Shown here: piece after piece, positions 36,940-49,846 of the stretch
How the letters are laid out: each line of letters opens with the position of its first letter
Position numbering within the stretch: the stretch's first letter is position 1
NCBI GenBank assembly: GCA_030390025.1
Contig: CM059431.1
Span: 128,652,001 to 128,716,000 of the forward strand
Direction: 5' to 3'
Length of the DNA stretch: 64,000 nucleotides
Source of the DNA: Squalus acanthias
Taxonomy: Eukaryota
Position numbers and translations under genes: made by a program
The notes under the pieces: model-generated
Databases searched by the model: none
Told to the model about the DNA's origin: nothing
Seen by the model: the letters and a program-made list of their open reading frames with translations, nothing else

Positions 36940-38680
36940 GGCCGGAATTTCCGGGGTGGTAGCAGGCACGATTGGTTGTGGGTCGGGTGGGAAAGTTGTT
37001 ATTTTTGACAGCGGGTCGGGAACCTGCTGTCATCTCGCTCCCACGCGCCTTTCCCCCAGGCGCGTCTGTCATCGCGAAGCCAACCCGACCAGCAGCGGCA
37101 GGTGACCCAATTTAAATCATTATCAAGTAGTTTACAGGCAATTGATTACTTTTTAAATTTTCCTGCATGGCCACGTGATTCACGCAGTTCAGGAAACATG
37201 TCTGTCAACCTGAGGCGGGAGTTCCATGGCCATTGCTCCAGCTGATTACTTGACAGCATCAAATGACAGTAAAAGCTCCCACCTGACAGATGATCACTTT
37301 CCTCGGGCAGAAGCTGTTGCTCAGTCCATTTGCAGCACAGATTCTGCAGGCTGCAAGTCTTTCCAGCAAAGTCTCCATCCAGTGTCACCTCGTTGGAAGA
37401 ACTCTCTCACCATTGACAGAATGCTTCTGTCATCTGTACTTCACCTGCCATCTAGTCCATCAACATGGGTGCCCTTTATACTGTCTCACCTTGATCCTCA
37501 GAATCGGACCACGATGAGCCCCAACACCAGCAGCATCAGGCACACCAGCAGTACCAACAACAACATCAACCTTCTCCGCAATCACCTGATGCTGCACAGG
37601 ACACAGGGCATCAGCAGCCAACCACATTGCTGCCCGGGAGGTCAGGGATGGCTTCACCATGGCCAGATTTACTTCAATTGACGCTGTACACCCTGGATGC
37701 CACATGATGCGACAGGTTGGCACCACCCCACACCAACACCATAAAGCATCCCTACAATGACCAAGCCATACCTTTCACACTCATCACCATTGCGGGGGAT
37801 ACCATTATGTCTCACCATTCACTGCAACTCACTGAGCCACTTCCAAAGGTGCACACAAATCTGTCCAAAATTGAAAATAAATGTTTTCATGTTTGACACC
37901 ATATTAACAGAAACTTTACATAAACATTGGATACCCTTGTGAGTTAGTTGGTATGATTGCACTAGGATGAGGGTGAGTGTGAGGGGTGGCTAGTGAAAAG
38001 GGGATGTGATAATGTAGATAGAGAGAGAGGGATGGGTGGCAGTGCAAGGGATGGGTGGAGGTGCAAGGTAAGTTGGTGTGAGTAAGGATGTGCAGGAGTA
38101 GGGTTGGGAAGGCAGAGTAATGGGGATGTGATGAGAGGCACAGCAGGATACAGTTGAGTGTGGCTTTGTACTAACGTTTCCTGATCTAATGAGATGATTG
38201 AAACATTTGCGGCACTGCACCCAGGTCCTCCTGACCACATCCCTGCTTGTGACCTCCTCTGCAATCTGTAACCAGGCTGTCTTGGTCTCCTGGGGAGGTC
38301 TCCTCCACCCATCGGAAGGGAAGAGGACCTCCCTGTGTGCTCTGACTCCCTCCATAAGCATATGGCAGGAGTCATCGGGGAACCTGGGTGCAGCCCTCTG
38401 CCTCTGTGCAGTCATTGTCAGTGTTTGCAGCACTCCAATGGTTTAGTACACTGACAGCACTATGTTGGATTAAACTTGAAATGTAATGTGGCCATGGTCC
38501 CTTTAAAGAGCCCGGCTGAAAACGTGTTGTGAATGACGTCACCAGACCCGCTCCATCTCATTGGGCCGGGTAATGCGCTGGGTTGGCTTAATAGGTCCCA
38601 TTAGGGTAAGTTCATATTTAACAGTGGGATGGAGCCAGCAGCGGGGTTGCAACCCGCCACAGGTAGGCAAAATTCCGGCC
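36940..38680 (-). mobile_element. Internally deleted derivative of element C (element D), inverted
   Basis: TIR GGCCGGAATTT...AAATTCCGGCC, TSD TTA; open Myb exon 1 at 38176-38415(-); transposase reduced to fused 5' and 3' ends at ~37464-37675. Confidence 0.92.
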
Positions 38681-38719
38681 TTAGTCTCTGGGGTCAAAAG
38701 ACAGCTGGAAATGGAAGCT

Positions 38720-38818
38720 CTGATGAAAGGCCATCGACCTGAAACGTTAACTCTGTTTCTTTCTCCACAGATGCTGCCTGACCTGCTGAGTATTTCCAGC
38801 ATTTTCCGTTTTTACTTT
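38720..38818 (+). mobile_element. Penelope pLTR fragment starting at the hammerhead core
   Basis: CTGATGAAAGGCCATCGACCTGAAACGTTAACTCTGTTTC... matches 19851-19947. Confidence 0.8.
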
Positions 38819-41795
38819 CGGTCAAAAGTAAGCCTTGTGATGGTAGATATCAACAGCAATGAAGTACTGGAGGCAACTGTTGTTACACCCACCACTGAGA
38901 GCGCCCAGATCCAGGAACATCTCACCAAGGGCTACACCTCTTCAGTAACACAAGTAGGGACAAATCCCAATGTTTTCCTTTCACATGCACCCAGAGGTTT
39001 GCAGCTCTGCGGCTGTGATAATGACTTACTCCATTCTGTTAGACATTTTGGAACTTCATTAACAATGACTGATGTATTGTGGACACAATATACCTGCAGC
39101 TGTGTCAGACCTCCAACATCAGATCCTCCTCAGGGAAGATTTGAGGCCTACTGTGATAATATTTTTCACAGTTTGAAATCTGCCTTGTTTAATCTCTATC
39201 CTTCAGTTTTTATTTGCTTATCATTGCCAACAATACTGCCAGAAAACATCCCTAAAATTGTGTAAGAAAAAGCTTGGCTCTGTTGACAATTGAAACAGAT
39301 TGGCAGTTACATCACAACTGTTATATTCATCCACTGCTCACTGGTGTGGTATTAGCAGATGTGCCAACCACAAGTATTTCAAACGGACAGTCGGCATTTC
39401 AACCCACACATCAGCTTGTTAGCATTTCATAAGAAAATTCAACTTACTCCCCGAGATTGGAGCTTGTCAGTATCAACTATTCAGACTCGCTCGAAGGTGA
39501 AACTGAAGGCTGTTCGAAGCAATCAGATTGATTCAGGGGCAGCACTGGAGCTTGTCAGAGCCAATCAGAGAGGTCAGAGGTCGGATTAGAGCTTGTCTCA
39601 ATCTATCAATCAGATGCTTCTCCCATTCTTGGTTGCACATGAACGTGAGACAGAAACGTTTTTAGATGAGCTGATGGTTTCTGAGAGTTGAAGTTACAGG
39701 TGCAGTTATTTAGTCTTTGTCCCCCAAGCGTTATATATAATAAGCTTCTGAAATGTAACTTTTAACAAAGTTTTAATTTTCCTCAAAGAAACTTTCTGAG
39801 GCATACCATGCTACTTATGTGAAGGTTGACTTTCTTCAAGCTGAATTACAGTGCTTTTTAAAATGAGGAGGATATTCTTTTTGTGAATGTATTAATGGGC
39901 ATTATTTGAGCATTCCTGTCATTGCCCTTGTGGAATTACCAGGGTTTGGAAATAAAATATGAAATTATGTCGAAGTATTGCTTGACGTAGAAAATTAAAT
40001 TGAGATTCCTATATTGAGGACTTTACAACAGCTTGCTTCTGTGATGCAATGCAGATAGTTAGCTTGTTTATGGGTGAGTTACAGGTCTTGGCTATATTCT
40101 GCAATGTTGAAAGGTATTTTCAGTTTATTTACATGCTGATTACCATGCAGCAACCTGAAAGTGAGTCCACACCATCCATATTAGAGTAGTTAACATCCAT
40201 GGGGAAATACGAAGAGTTACATTCATAATGATTAACAGTATAATTGGTTGAAAACCCTGGACTGAAGGCAATCAGTCAAATCTACCTAAGAGTGCCAAAT
40301 TCACCTTCCAGTGCCTGCAAATCACATGTTTTGTGCACTTTGGTTTTTTTGTTTAAATGATTCCCGCATGCCAAACTAAATAAAAGAGAAATAAAGACTA
40401 GAAATTACAATTGGTAACAAGTGCTTGAAGTATTCAGATGGCTTGGCTCTCTCTGCTATTTTAGTGGGGGTGCTAACCAGTTTACTATAAATGGGTGAAT
40501 GTCAATGTTAAAATAGCGTAGAGAAAAATATCATGGATGTATTAAGTGTCCATCCATGTCACCAACAGTAATTCATTTTTTCAGGTTTTAGAATCAGAAA
40601 TTATTTGAAATGCACAGGAAGCTAATCAGCATTTAAATGAGGAAAAGGTAGATTAACCTTTCAGTGTCGTCAGAACTTGATTCAAAAGTTTTGTTTCAAT
40701 GAATTGACTCACCCTAATCCTTCCTGAAGCCACTTAAAAATAAACATTGTTTATTTATAGTTCAATCAACTGGCCTGAATCCAAGTCATTCCCATCTGCT
40801 TCTGGGCTGCCATGGTTCCAGGGAAAGGGACAGCCAGTTTTGTCTAATGAAGGTTTGATTGGAGGTGTGTGTTATCAAAGGTTTCAGTTCACAAATCACC
40901 ATGACGGATCTGGGGGTTAGAAACCTGCTAAAAATAACTCATCTTTCCATGAATAACAGGGAGCAACAGGAGTGTTACAGATTTTGGGTCCGCACTCGAT
41001 ATTCTCTCAGGTCCAGTGTCATTGGGCTTTCCTGTAAGTGGACCCTATTTCACATTTAAAATATTTATAAGCCTTCCAGGATATATTATTTTTGGCTTGA
41101 ATGGCAAAATTACAGTACATTCCAAAATATTAAATAATGCCAAAAAAGAGCTGGAATTTCCATGCAAATCCGTGTAACCTCCACAGAAATGGAATCATAG
41201 AATCATAGAATGGTTACAGCACATCAGGAAGCTATTCGGCCCGTCGAGCCCATGCCGGCTCTCTGCAAGAGCACTTCAGCTAGTTCCACTCCCCCACCCT
41301 TTCCCCGTAGCCCTGCAAATTTTTTCCTTCAGTTACTTATCCAATTTCCATTTGAAAGCCACAATTGAATCTGCCTCCACCACCCTCTCAGGCAATGTAT
41401 TCCAGATCCTAACCACTCGCTGCGTAAAAAAGGTTCCTCATGTTGCCTTTGGTTCTTCTGCCAATCACCTTAAATCTGTGTCCTCTGGTTCTCAACCCTT
41501 CCGCCAATGGGAACAGTTTCTCTCTATCTACTTTGTCTAGACCCCTCATGATTTTGAACACCTCTATCAAATCTCCTCTCAACCTTCTCTGCTCTAAGGA
41601 GAACAACCGCAGCTTCTCCAGTCTATCAACGTAACTGAAGTCCCTCATCCCTGGAACCATTCTTGTAAATATTTTCTGCACCCTCTCTAAGGCCTTCATA
41701 TCCTTCCTAAATTGCGGTGCCCAGAATTGGACACAATACTCCAGTTGAGGAGTTTTATAAATGTTCATCATAACTTCCTTGCTTTTGTACTCTAT

Positions 41796-42651
41796 GGGCT
41801 GGATTTTGTGAATGGAGACGAGTTGGAGGCGGGATTGTTGCTTGTCGTGTCGATGTCCCGCTCCATCCTCGCCTGACCAACCAGAGGGATTTTCCCCTGA
41901 ATGAGCTTGTTAAGCCCGCCCTGCGGGCTCAGCAGGCCAATTCGGGAGGAAGTCACTGACAGAGCACATCAACGTCAGACGTGCTATCTGTCAAGATTTC
42001 TTGAAAGAAGAAATGTCAGTGTTTGACAGCTCTGTGAAGCTGTCAAACACTGACATTCTCTTTAGTTTGATGAGTCCTTGTGTTCAGGACTCATCAAACC
42101 TTTCAACTTTGTAAATTTCACATGGCTGTTGGTTCGGAGGTTCCAACAGCCAGTCTGTGAAATTGACAAGGAGGATGTCGGCTCTCCCGATCTAGCGCGG
42201 ATGAAGGCTGTAGGAAGAAAACAAGGTAAGTGATCATTTTTTAAAACTTCTCACTCACCTTGCATACTTACCACTCCACACTTGCACCCATCACTCACCT
42301 CTACATCTTACTTCCAGGTGCCTCCGACCGCCGCAGACCTCCTACTCGACTCCTCCAACCCAGCGGGGTTCTCCGAGGTCGGGAAGCCTTCACCTGTGAA
42401 GGTAAAATGGCTCTAATCCTTTTTTCTGCCTGTTAACTACCTGTTAACTACCTGTTAACAGGCAGTTACAAGGACTAAATGCCTTTCCCGTCTCCAGGAG
42501 ACGGGACCCGAAGCAGCACATCTTCCCGCCTCCTGGCAAAAGGGCACGGAGGTGGGTGGGGGGTGGGTTTGACATGCGCCCCCACTTTCTCCTAATTTAC
42601 CGGCTGTCCCGCCTCCATGCCCGCCTCCTCAGGGCTTGGAAAATCCAGCCC
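41796..42651. mobile_element. Harbinger-type MITE, family 2
   Basis: TIR GGGCTGGATTTT...AAAATCCAGCCC; TSD TAT; CR1 is contiguous when the insert is removed. Confidence 0.92.
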
Positions 42652-42979
42652 TATCCCTCTATTTATGAAGCCCAGGATCCCGTCTACTTTTTTAACCGCT
42701 TTCTCAACCTGCCCTGCCACCTTCAACAATTGGTGCACATATACCCCCAGGTCTCTCTGTTTATGCATCCCCTTTAGAATTGTATTCTTTACTTTATATT
42801 ACCTCTCCATTTCTTTCTACCAAATTGTATCACTTTTCTGCGTTAACTTTCATCTGCCACGTGTCCGCCCATTCCACCAGCCTGTCTATGGCCTCTTGAA
42901 GTCTATCACTATCCTCCTCACTGTTCACTATACTTCCAAATTTTGAAATTGTGCCCTGTACACACAAGTCCAAGACATT

Positions 42980-43743
42980 GGCCCAGAAATTAGTCCGAAT
43001 ACGGGAGAGTACGCACTGTGTACTCACCCATATTCGGTCCCGAAGTGCCGGTTTCCTGCATGCACTACGCATGCGCGGGAAACCGGCAATTCCGATATTG
43101 CAAAGGGGGCGGTTCCTAAGTGAACCGCGTGCGCACTACAGGCTGTGCGCACGCAGCACACTTAGTTTTTTTTTCAGGTTTGAACGCGAAGGTAAGTGTT
43201 GAAGATTTTACACATGAAGAAAGGAGGCGTAAGACCCCCTTTTAACAAGGTAAGTAGTTAATTAAGTATTATTTTAAATTTTTTTCAACAGGTTTATCTT
43301 TTTTAGAGACTTTAAAGAAAGGTAAGTTTATTTTTATAACTTTTAAAAAGAATTTAAATTTTTTCAAAAATTTAAATTTTTGTTTAAAGTGGTTAATTTA
43401 TTTAACTATAGTTATTTTATTAATGTGATGGGTTTTTAAAAATTTAATTGAGGTTTAGCTGTTCTTTTGGGGGCAAGTTGTATTCATAGCTTTGACAGCT
43501 CTTCCTGTCAAAACTATGAATGAAAGATGGTGTGCTGCCATTGGCTCTAACTGGCCCACGTGATCCCAGAGGTCGCATCGAACTAACTGCGCCTCTGGGA
43601 CACGCACATACTGCGCGCCGGCACCAGGGAGAGGCCCAGGAACTGAAGTTCGTGTGGGCCCGAACCATAAAGGCAGGCGCGGAGTGCGATATCGCGGGGG
43701 ATCCTTACCCCCGCGGCAACCATCGAAGTCCAATTTCTGGGCC
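42980..43743. mobile_element. Harbinger-type MITE, family 3
   Basis: Perfect 12-bp TIR GGCCCAGAAATT...AATTTCTGGGCC; TSD ATT. Confidence 0.92.
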
Positions 43744-45314
43744 ATTAATATATATCAAGAAAAGCTGTGGTCCTAGTACTGACCCCTGGGGAACACCATT
43801 GTGTATTTCCCCCAGTCCGAAAAACAACCGTTCATCACTGCTCTCTGTTTCCTGTCACTTAGCCAATTTCGCATCTATGCTGCCACTGTCCCTTTTATTC
43901 TATGGGCTTCAATTTTGCTGGCAAGTCTATTATGTGGCACTTTATCAAACGCCTTTTGGAAGTCCATGTACACTACATCAACCGCATTGCCTCATCAACC
44001 CTCTCTGTTACCTCATCAAAAAACTCAATCAAATTAGTTAAACATGATTTGCCTTTAACAAATCCGTGCTGGCTTTCCTTAATTAATCCCCACTTGTCCA
44101 AGTGACTGCTAATTTTGTCCCGGATTATCATTTCTAAAAGCTTCCCCACTACCGAGCAATGGAATAAACATAGGAAAATCACCATTTACACTGTTTTTCT
44201 AGGGGTTCTGCCAATCTCCTTCCAAAGTTATAGCAGGAGATTGAGTAAACCCTTGGGAATTTTCAGGGCCAAAGTGTCAAAAAACAACATTTTTCCCTCT
44301 AGAAAATAAATCTCATGCCTTGAGCACTCACATTCCTCTTCAGTAATTTCTAATTCACCGGAGATGCAACTTGCATGCTTGTGTTCTTTTTTTTATTTTC
44401 CCTCTGCGATAAAAGTAATGGAATGCTGGGTATATTTGCAGCTTACATTATGACAAGCCACGTGTCCCACTGCACTTTTCACCTACTTTGTTGTCTTCAT
44501 GTGTCAGAAAGTCTACATTCAAGGAGGTTTTCAACTGTCAGTTATTTTCTGGGGTGGTGTCAGCATCTTTGAAGTTATGATCAGCTTTGCTGGGTTAGTA
44601 TTTGTGTAGAAACAGTCGCAGTCGGGCAAATAAAACTCTTTTAAAATGTTAGTATGTTTTTGGACACAAAATAGTGACTTCAAGCCTTCTGGTTTCTGAA
44701 AATCTCCAGTGATGAACGAGCTCTCACAAACACCAGAGCTTTGGTTCAGTTCCATTCAAACAAATGCTTATTACAATGGATTTTGCAGGATAGAAATTCA
44801 ATTGCAGTTCCCCCAGTTTTTGGGTGCAGAATCATCGTTCCACATACCAAATTTGTGGTGGGACGTCCCGCTCTGGAAATGCATTCAAAATATAATGGCC
44901 GACATAGTGGTTTATGCTCTCCTGGAATGAAGGCTGGGCTCAGTAAAATATTTAAATAGGGGACCTGCGCTCATATTAGGACCTTGTGGAGAATTTGGTG
45001 CCTGGGAGTGTTTGATCCACTCAATCTTAAGCCCACCCAGAAAAAAGTGGTGCGAGCACTCAAGAAGTAAGCTGAGGCAGTGTTATTTAAAGGCATTCCC
45101 ACCTCCATTACTCTGTCACTCTCTGGGTAGTTATTTTTGGAGCAATTCTTTGGCTGAGTTTGGAAAGGATTTAATACTAAATAGCTGTTGGAGAGCTGTG
45201 TTTTCACTGCAGCTGTACTCTGTCACTTCACTGACTGCAGGAGTACTGGGAAAGGTGAGAATGGCACAATGAGAGCCACACAGAATCCAGAGCTCACACT
45301 GAGCAAACTATAAG

Positions 45315-45532
45315 TGATGTAAGCAAACTACAAGGCACTTGGTCTAAGCGTTAAACAAAGCTTTAATCAACTGATTTTCAACATGGAGATCTAGTTGTGT
45401 CCTTCACTAGTTCCTGTTGAGGAATGTCCTAAGCAAGCTGGGCCCATGCCCGAGTATTTATACTCTCCCTAGACAGCACCAGCCGCAGGCCGCCCAGTAT
45501 TACTTCATACATGAATGACAAGGTTCATGTCA
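45315..45532 (-). repeat. 3' LTR
   Basis: Direct repeat of 49847-50064; minus-strand TATAAA and ATTAAA. Confidence 0.95.
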
Positions 45533-47189
45533 TTCTTCCTGCCTGAAAGATTGGCAGTCCGGCGGCTTCCTTCTACCGAATTAGCCAGACTAAGAATAGA
45601 CGCAATCGTTTGGATTTCCGTTGGAGGCCGGAAGGCACGTCTCCTCGGACCGTGTTTTGGTCCCTGGGTCGCTTGGTTCGTACCGGCGGGCTGGCGGAGT
45701 CCGTGTTGCCTTGATCGACCTGAGGGGGACTGGGGAGATCGTGGCTCCGGGTGCGGGTCCCCACCTGCGCGGAGCTGGCTTCATCCTGCTCAGTAGCCGG
45801 TGATTGACCGGTGTCCTGGCTTTGGGTGGCCATCCCGCGGGGAGCGCTCTGTTCCCCGGGTTGATCCAGTGGAGTAGCTGGCAGATCCCTTGATGTTCCG
45901 GGTAGGGCGTCATCCTCGGAGGAGCGCGGAGTATCAGCATCGTTAATACGGATCTCTCTATCGATTGGGTCCGTGGGACCGGTTGGGCAGGGAGCCAGAT
46001 CCCGAAGTGAAACTGTGGACTCCCGGCCATCAGGGTACCACATGTACACGTATGTAGGATTAACATCCGTTAGTTCCACCTCGTCGACGAGGGGCTCACT
46101 CTTGGAGGATCGGACGAATCTTCGGAGCAGCACGGAGCCAGGAGCTGCCAACCATGATGGTAGGGACGTCCCATGAGTGGAGCGACGCTGGAACCCGAAG
46201 AATCGTTCGTGAGGAGTAACATTGGTGGATGTAGAAAGAAGAGACCTGATGGAATGCAACGCGTCAGGGAGCATAGTTTCCCACTGCTGATCTGGTAGAT
46301 TGCGTGACCTCAGTGCAAGATGAACAGTGTTCCAAATGATAGCGTTGTATCTCTCAACCTGTCCGTTTCCAATAGGATGATACGGTGTCGTTTTACTTGT
46401 GGCGATTACCCGTTGGGAAAGATAACTTTTGAGTTTGCTTGACATGAAGGAGGGACCCTGATCAGACTGGATGAAATTGGCCGTACCGCAATGGGAAAAG
46501 ACCTGATCGAGGCATTTGATCACTGTGGAAGTAAGCATATTGGGACAGGGGAAAGCAAAGGGAAAGTGTGAATATTCGTCCACCATAGTAAGCAAGTAGG
46601 TGTTTCGCGTTGAGGAAGGCAATGGCCCTTTAATGTCAATGCTGAGTCGCTGCATAGGCTGTGTAGCGTGTATGAATGAGCCATCCGACGGACGGAAGAA
46701 TTGCAGTTTTAATTCCGCGCAAATTCTACAAGTGGAGCATGTTCTTTTCACGTCTTCTGCAGAAAATGGGAGATTTTTAGATCGCACAAAGTGCAACATA
46801 CGGGTAACGCCAGGATGGCATAAGTCAGTATGAAGATCCGCAAGAGTCGAAGTTGACATGGAAGAGCAGAATGCACGCGTGAGGGTATCCGGGGCCACAT
46901 TCTCCTTGCTGGGTCGATACTGTATGGTGTAGCCAAAGGCGGCCAATTCCATCCTCCAGAGCTGTATTTTGTTATTCTTGATTTTAGTGTGTTTCCGGTT
47001 ATCCAGCATAAAGGCCACTGAGCGCTGATCGGTTATGAGCGTGAAATGGCGACGAGCGAGAAAATGACTCCATTTACATATTGATTCGATGATAGCCGTA
47101 GCCTCCTTCTCGACAGGAGGATAATGGAGCTTGCTACCCTGCAAAGTTCTAGACAGAAATGCAACGGGTCGACCGCCTTGATTCAAGGT

Positions 47190-47460
47190 CATGATGCGGA
47201 GATGCCGGTGTTGGACTGGGGTGGACAAAAATGAGAAGTCGCACAACACCAGGTTATAGTCCAACAGTTTTATTTGAAATCACGAGCTTTCGGAGCACTG
47301 CTCCTTCGTCAGGTAAAGTGAGAGAATACAAATCAGCAAAGCATATGCTTTGCTGATTTGTATTCCCTCACTTTACTTGATGAAGGAGCAGCGCTCCGAA
47401 AGCTCGTGATTTCAAATAAAACTGTTGGACTATAACCTGGTGTTGTGCGACTTCTCATTT
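47190..47460. mobile_element. Palindromic Penelope-like mini-element inserted in the Gypsy RNase H region
   Basis: 36-nt tail, then a 238-bp near-perfect palindrome 47226-47463 centred on CATATG; TSD TTGATTCA(A/G)GGT at 47178-47189 and 47461-47472 duplicates the TLNQ codons. Confidence 0.92.
47280..47316 (-). ncRNA. Minimal hammerhead ribozyme motif, predicted (mirror copy on + at ~47373-47409 has UUGAUGA)
   Basis: UUAC-CUGACGA-A-GGAGC AGU GCUCC-GAAA-G-CUC-GUGA has both core boxes, a 5-bp stem II and stem I UUAC/GUGA. Confidence 0.65.
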
Positions 47461-48819
47461 TTGATTCAGGGTAGCCGAGATCGCCACCTCCGATGCATCG
47501 CACTCGACCATGAAAGGGAGATTTTCATCGATGGAATGAAGCGCGGCTTTTTCCAGTTGTTGCTTGAGGAGGTCGAAAGCTGAAATAGCCCTCACCTCCA
47601 ACGGAAATGACTTCGCGTGAAGCAGGGGCTGGATCTTGTCGGAAAAGTGAGGTATCCACTTCGCATAATAGGCGAACATGCCGAGGGCCCGACGAAGAGA
47701 GCTGAGATTCGTAGGAGGAGGGAGCTCCTGAAGCGGACGAAGTCACTCCGGATCCGGTTTGATGACACCATTGCCCACCCAGTAGCCAAGGATGTTGACT
47801 GATGGTACTGATTTCACAGATTTGGACTCATTTAAGGTTAAGTTGCGACGACGGAGAACGTCAAGAAATTTCTGGAGGTTGGCATCATGCTCCTTCTGGT
47901 CATGACCAGCAATGGTGATATTATCCAGATATGGAAAAGTGTCTGTTAAGTTCTCCTGTTTGACTAGGCTATCCATTGCCCGTTGAAAGACGGCCACCCT
48001 ATTGGTGACCCCAAATGGAAGGCGACGAAACTGGTAAAGCCGACCATTGGCCTCAAAAGCCGTATACTTTTTGTCAGAGTCCTTTAACGGTACTTGATGG
48101 TATGTGCTCTTTAAGTCAAAAGTTGAAAATACCTTGTCATTGATGCGTGGTAGTGGGTAGGCATCCAGGTCGGTATACTGGTTAATAGTTTGCGAGTAAT
48201 CGATGCAAAGACGTTTCTTGTGTTGCTTCAGAGGATTTTTAACAACGACGACTTGAGCCCGCCAGGAAGATGAACATGGCTCAATGATACCATCAGCTAG
48301 AAGGCGAGAGATCTCTGCCTCGATAAAGGATAGGTCATCTTGGCTGAAACGTCGTGATTTAGTGGCTATAGGCTTACATCGGGGGGGAAGATTTGAAAAC
48401 AAGGAGGGCTCGTCGAGCGAAGCCGCCGAAAGTGCACAAAACGGTACTTTGGAAATAGTAAGCTCCGGCTTTGATCCTCCAAACTCGAAAGTGAGTCTTT
48501 TGTGTTGTTTCTGGAAATCCTGTCCCAGGAGCACATCACTGCATAGGTTTTTGAGCACCCCGAGCCGGGTAGAGAAATAATTGCGGCCATTAAGAATAAG
48601 GTCGACAAGACAAAAGCCAGAAGAGTTAGTGGTCAGTGTCGTCAGAGCCATTGCAATTTCCCTGTCCGAGGGGTAAATACACAGTTTTAACTTACTGACA
48701 GCCTGCTCACTGATGAAGCTGTCAGAGCTGCATGAGTCGATTAATGCTCTCAAAATGTGTCCATTTACCGAAACCTTCGTGGCTGCATAGGACAGGCTTT
48801 GGGGAAAAACAGCTGTGAT

Positions 48820-48974
48820 GGGAGGAGGGGCAGTTTTATCCTTGACAGCTGGAACATTAGTAGTGGCTCTTGGGGGAGGAGCAGTTTTATAGATGACAGC
48901 TGTAACATTAGTAGTGGCTCTTGGGGGAGGATCAGTTTTATAGGGAGCAGCTGTAACCCGAGAAGAGGCTCTTG
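48820..48974. repeat. About 3 copies of a 51-bp coding tandem repeat in the gag-protease linker
   Basis: GGCTCTTG recurs at 48865, 48916 and 48967. Confidence 0.85.
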
Positions 48975-49846
48975 ACTGACATACTTTCGAGAAGTGGCCT
49001 TTCTTACTGCAATGATTGCAGATTGCATTATGAGCAGGACAAAATTTCCTATAATGAAATGCACCTCCACAGAAGAAACACTTCCTTTTAGATTGTCAAG
49101 ATGCCGCTAGGGTAGGGTCGTCATCAGCTAGGATAGAGTCGTCATCAGTGAGGGCTTCCGCCTGAGGCTTATCGGAGGAGTCACTAAAAGTGATAGCAGC
49201 AGTCCGTGCACGTGGTAAAAGATAGGCATCTGCATTTTTTTTTGCCAAGTCCAGAGAATATGCCTGGTCATAGGCAGCTTGTAACTCGAGGGTTTTATTC
49301 TCCAGCAGACACTGGCATATGAAGGGAGACGCAATTCCATTAATAAAAGAATCACGAATTAACTCCTCCTGGTACTGCTCAGCTGAGACAGCCTTGAGAT
49401 TACAATCTTTGCTGAGCCTGCGAAGCTTTTGAAGGAATTCGTCAAGTGATGCCCCGGGTTGTTGTCGAGTTGTGGCCAGTAGATGCTGAGCAAAAATTTT
49501 GTTTGGGGCCTTAACATATATTTGCTGTTATATTCGGATAGTGGAGTCATAGTTTACACAGTCTTCGATATAGTCAAACACATAAGGGGATACATAATTG
49601 GCAAGTATCTCTAACTGATCAGGAACATTCTCACCACATGCCCTGAGGTAATTGCTGAAGGTACGATACCAGTGTTTCCATACCTTAGCAGTTGTAGGTG
49701 AATTCGGGTCCAGGTCAAGACGAGCGGGTTGGAGTAGTTTATCCATGATGGATTGATTACTATATCTGGTTCCCTTCTGCCATTTGAGTCATAGCCGTCT
49801 GTTCCCAAAACTACTCAGAGCGTGGAGCAGGTCCAGTTGATTAAAT

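Larger units (their letters stand above)
41190..44153 (-). mobile_element. CR1 LINE RT fragment carrying two nested MITEs
   Basis: ESQHGFVKGKSCLTNLIEFF, QLEYCVQFWAPQ, RRLRGDLIEVFKIM; (ATCATAGA)n end; interrupted at 41796-42651 and 42980-43743. Confidence 0.92.
45573..49746 (-). pseudogene. Gypsy gag-pol pseudogene
   Basis: gag MDKLLQPARLDLDPNS..WKHW; two zinc knuckles CFFCGGAFHYRKFC and CNHCSKKGHFSKVC in frame with protease ALIDSCSS; RT RLCIDY..FDLKSTYHQ..LPFG..YLDN; RNase H ECDAS..TDQ; integrase HxxxxHPG..CxxC, SDQGPSF, GQVER. Stops, frameshifts and a PLE insertion are present. Confidence 0.95.

Noticed and set aside
38561..39265. 234-aa ORF
   Set aside because: Chimeric read-through of a Harbinger end, a PLE pLTR and unrecognised sequence.
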